Positions 60,831 to 64,000 of a stretch of 64,000 nucleotides of DNA are shown one piece after another (position 1 is the first letter of the stretch; each line of letters starts with the position of its first letter). This stretch comes from Moniliella sp. 'wahieum' (taxonomy: Eukaryota). The translations under genes and the position numbers were made by a program. Location of the stretch: NCBI GenBank assembly GCA_003971905.1, contig RSEE01000067.1, positions 248,001 to 312,000 of the forward strand, given 5' to 3'. Under the pieces are notes generated by a model that ran no database searches, had not been told where the DNA came from, and saw only the letters and a program-made list of their open reading frames with translations.

Positions 60831-61396
60831 GAATAGGGGCAACCCACTTATATATGCGCCAAAAGCCGTTGCTCGCCACCATGCATTTGCAGCGTCGCCG
60901 AGGTTGTCGGCCAGCCCAATACTCCCTACGACCAAGGAGAACATTAGGTGCGTACATGCAGCACATTCAAAGGGGCAGGTCCGTCTGGCCGTGGGGCCCC
61001 ATCGTTTTGCCCCGTAAGCAATAACCAAAAGGGAGGAGGCCCCACATCACACTGCGTTGCAATGGTGGTATTATGCACTTCTGTAGAACACTCACTTAGT
61101 GCCGAGGTGCAAGCGTTTGGATCTGGGCGTTGTGGAGGCTCGAAGGGGCGAAGGGATTAGGGTGCAACGCGGCGGTAATGGCGAAGACAGTGGGGATGTT
61201 TTGAACGTCTGCGATGCGATTGACGACCAGAGCGCGCAATTAACGCGCAACTGTGCCAGAATACGTTGCCGGGAATTAAAGTGGCGACAATCGAACGCTG
61301 CGGACCAAACAGTCAATTCCGCATAACCGGTGGCATCAAACGCATGTCGATCTCTTTTCCTCTTCTGCCATCGAGAGGCAGTCAAGTGGCCGAGCG

Positions 61397-62057
61397 ATGC
61401 ACGTGGTTCAGGCAAGGCCGAGTCCAGCCCAGGGCGCCCAACTGCTCACCATCTGGCGTGCGGCCGTAGATGCGACGCATACGTTCTCTCTTCTGAGGAT
61501 CGGATCCAGCTGGACCAAGAGCTGCAACGGGCCTTTCCTCTAGTGGCCCCACCCTTGCCATTCTCGCGCCTGACGATCCCATTCTCCTCCCCGCCGATGA
61601 AGAGCTTGTGTGGAGTCTGCAGCCACTGGACGAGGCGGAGGAGGACAAGGATGAAGATGGGAATGAGAACGTTTCCGATTCGACGCAGGAGCCCGTCCCA
61701 CCATTATCCGGACACGACACACCCACGCGCCCCACCCAAAGTAAGGGCGTGGTGGCAGGCTTTATGCTGTTGTCTGTGTCGGATGCGGCGGGGAGTATGG
61801 ATGCGCTGTTTGTCCATTCCGCCTTTCATTCACGAGGGGTGGGAAAGGCGTTGGTCCAGCACGCTGCAACCTGGGCGCGGTCCCAAGGCTTTGCGTGCCT
61901 TAGGACTGAGGTCAATGAAGCCAACACGGGTGCGACGAGTTTTTATCTCCGTCTTGGCTTCCGTTGTACTGGTCGATCTGCCCTTGATGAGCAAGGCAGG
62001 CCCTACCCTCTCCTCCACATGGCGTTAGATTTACCAACCAGTCTACTGGGTTCTTAA
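61397..62057 (+). CDS. GNAT acetyltransferase, bacterial YjaB-like, frameshifted
   Basis: MHVVQARP..QGAQLLTIWRAAVDATHTF.SSEDRIQLDQE...GFMLL....MDALFVH..HSRGVGKALV...TEVNEANTGATSFYLRLGF..TGRSALDEQGRPYPLLHM. Confidence 0.85.
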
Positions 62058-62678
62058 TTGGCATGCATTGGCCGAGGCGATGATGATGATGGTGGTGTTG
62101 TATAGCGACTATAGCTACCTTTGTTCGACCTCACACATCAGTACGAGGCGAACGCGCCGACGGCGCTGATGGCAGATGCGTTGGACAACTGCCAGCACCT
62201 ACCCCGGGGCACATTTCCGAGGGGTCTGGAGTGACTAGTGGCTGACTATAGTAGTGGCCTGGTGTGCCGCTTGTGTTTGCATCATCTGTTTGATCCCGTT
62301 GGCGATCGAGGCCGTCGACAACATTACAGTGTGTGTGCTTGAGAGGATGATTGTGACAGCTGCCGTTCCGCTGCCTTTGCTCTCGATCGTGCCCTCCATC
62401 GAGCCGTGTCTTGCTTTTTTTGAGCATTGGGCCGCCATCCACCCGTCTGTCCGATGCTTTTTGTTACGCTTGCGCGTTAGCCTGCGTTAGCCCGAGGTCA
62501 ACAGCTGTCGTCTGGTGGCTGCAAGACAGCTATAAGGTCATCGATCATTGGTGTTCGCGGCCCGTATTCACTGCTTGTGGTCTGGCGAGGGCAGATGCTT
62601 GCTGTTGTTGGGTTTCCAAGCAGGCGTGCCGTCCGTTTCCTTCATCCCTCCATCTTGCTTCCCCGCCGCGGTTACACT

Positions 62679-64000
62679 ATGGTCACCACCCGTCGCAGCA
62701 AACGTGCCATTTCCACTCCTGTGGACGACGACGAGGAGAAGGCGCTCGACCCTCAGACTGCCGCGGATGGCGACGTGGACCCGGATGAGAAGGGCCGGCG
62801 CGCGTACAAACGTGCCCGCCCCAATGCGTACGGCCCAAGCGCCGACGACGAGTCGGGTGCCCCCACCCAATTTCGGGCAAATGATGAACCCCGGCTTGCC
62901 GCCCGGTATGACTCCGAGGGATCACCTTGCCATCGTCTTGTCCAAGCAGCAGCGCATCCACGCGCAGGGCAATGTAATCATTGGATGCGCAATCACGATC
63001 TGCGCTTGAAGGACAACCATGCACTGTCGCTGGCTTCGGACCAAGCCAAAAAGAATGGTGGACTCTTTTGGTGCTCTACGTGCTCAGTCCGCAAGACTTT
63101 GCTGCTCACGACGTGAGTCCTCGCTTGGTGGACTTTATCCTGCGCAACCTTGCCCTGATCAAAACCGACTTGGACACTCTGCACGTCCCCCTCGTCGTGC
63201 GCACCCACTCCCGCAGGACCCAGATCGCACACGATGTGGTGCAGTGGGCGCATGAATGGGGTGTGACCCATCTGTTTGGCAACATTGAGTACGAGGTGGA
63301 TGAACTGTGGCGGGATGCCGCCGTGGTCCAGGAAGCGAGTGGCCAAGGAGACCTTCACATCACCTTGGTGGAGGATACGTATGTTGTGCCGCCTGGTAAA
63401 CTGCTTACCAAGGCTGGCCGTCCCTATGCTGTTTTTACCCCCTGGAGCCGAAGCTGGGCCGCGTACATTGCGGCCCACCCAGAGGAGACCTTGGTCGAAT
63501 ACCCTGCCCCGGAGGGGAACAACAAGACGATTCAAGATGACGCGACGCTCAAGACGCTGTTCCAACCGGTGCCAGAGTCGGTCGCCGGGTTTGAATGCGC
63601 CGACAGGGACACTATGCGGGATCTTTGGCCTGCCGGGGAAGAGACGGCGGAGACGGTACTGAAGCACTTCTCTTTGGCAAGGCAGGTCTCCCCTTTCTTC
63701 AAGGCCCGGCGACAGCTGACGACACGCCGCTCCTGTCGTCTGCGACCAAGACGGACAAGGGAGCAACGAGCCGGTTTGCCCATTACCACATTGGGCGCAA
63801 CCAGCTTGCGGAAAACGGAACCTCGCACCTATCGCCCTACTTGTCGGCGGGCGTGATCAGTGCGCGGGCGTGCTTGCGGCAGAGCCAGGCGCAGACGGGG
63901 GGCAGGCTGGTGCTCGACCGCATCTCGGGGCCAGGGCAGTGGAACATCGAGCTGGGGTTTCGCGACTTTTACGGGCATGTGCTAGCGGCGTGGCCGCGGG
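62679..64000 (+). CDS. PHR1: Class I CPD DNA photolyase (5' part; runs off window), frameshifted
   Basis: HWMRNHDLRLKDNHAL, SPQDFAAHDVSPRLVDFILRNL, NIEYEVDELWRD, VVPPG..TKAGRPYAVFTPW, WPAGEE, LSPYL..GVIS, ELGFRDFY. Confidence 0.93.

Noticed and set aside
638..64000. Mass pseudogenisation or programmed frameshifting suggested by split ORFs in almost every gene
   Set aside because: Frameshifts hit housekeeping genes (GCN5, SSF1, CCA1, NDUFA2) indiscriminately while motifs stay intact and premature in-frame stops are scarce. Uncorrected long-read indel error is the simplest explanation.

Overview
Eukaryotic, GC-rich, intron-poor fungal DNA. Gene content and style suggest a basidiomycete, probably Ustilaginomycotina (inference). 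Nearly every conserved gene carries several single-base frameshifts, best explained by long-read consensus errors, so CDS boundaries are reconstructed and approximate. Gene order: TSC10-like SDR (partial), GCN5, 2OG-Fe(II) oxygenase, intron-containing tRNA-Asp, arrestin-like protein, VCX1, tRNA nucleotidyltransferase, complex I subunit NDUFA2/B8, FHIP/FAM160, DAL5-family MFS permease, SSF1/Peter Pan, POM33, GH5 glucanase, RAX2. A ~10 kb lower-GC island of decayed mobile DNA follows (CRE-like non-LTR relic, CACTA transposase relic, a multi-copy unclassified repeat). Then come acetoacetyl-CoA synthetase, two head-to-head gag relics, a bacterial YjaB-like GNAT acetyltransferase and a CPD photolyase (partial). 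Most notable: (1) the tRNA nucleotidyltransferase lacks most of the flexible loop needed for A76 addition, so it is a candidate CC-only enzyme of a split CC/A system; (2) a YjaB-type GNAT that may be horizontally acquired from bacteria; (3) a PCAF_N-like Cys/His module on GCN5; (4) a window-wide family of period-7 microsatellites built from 6-bp palindromes, concentrated at 30.8-31.9 kb.
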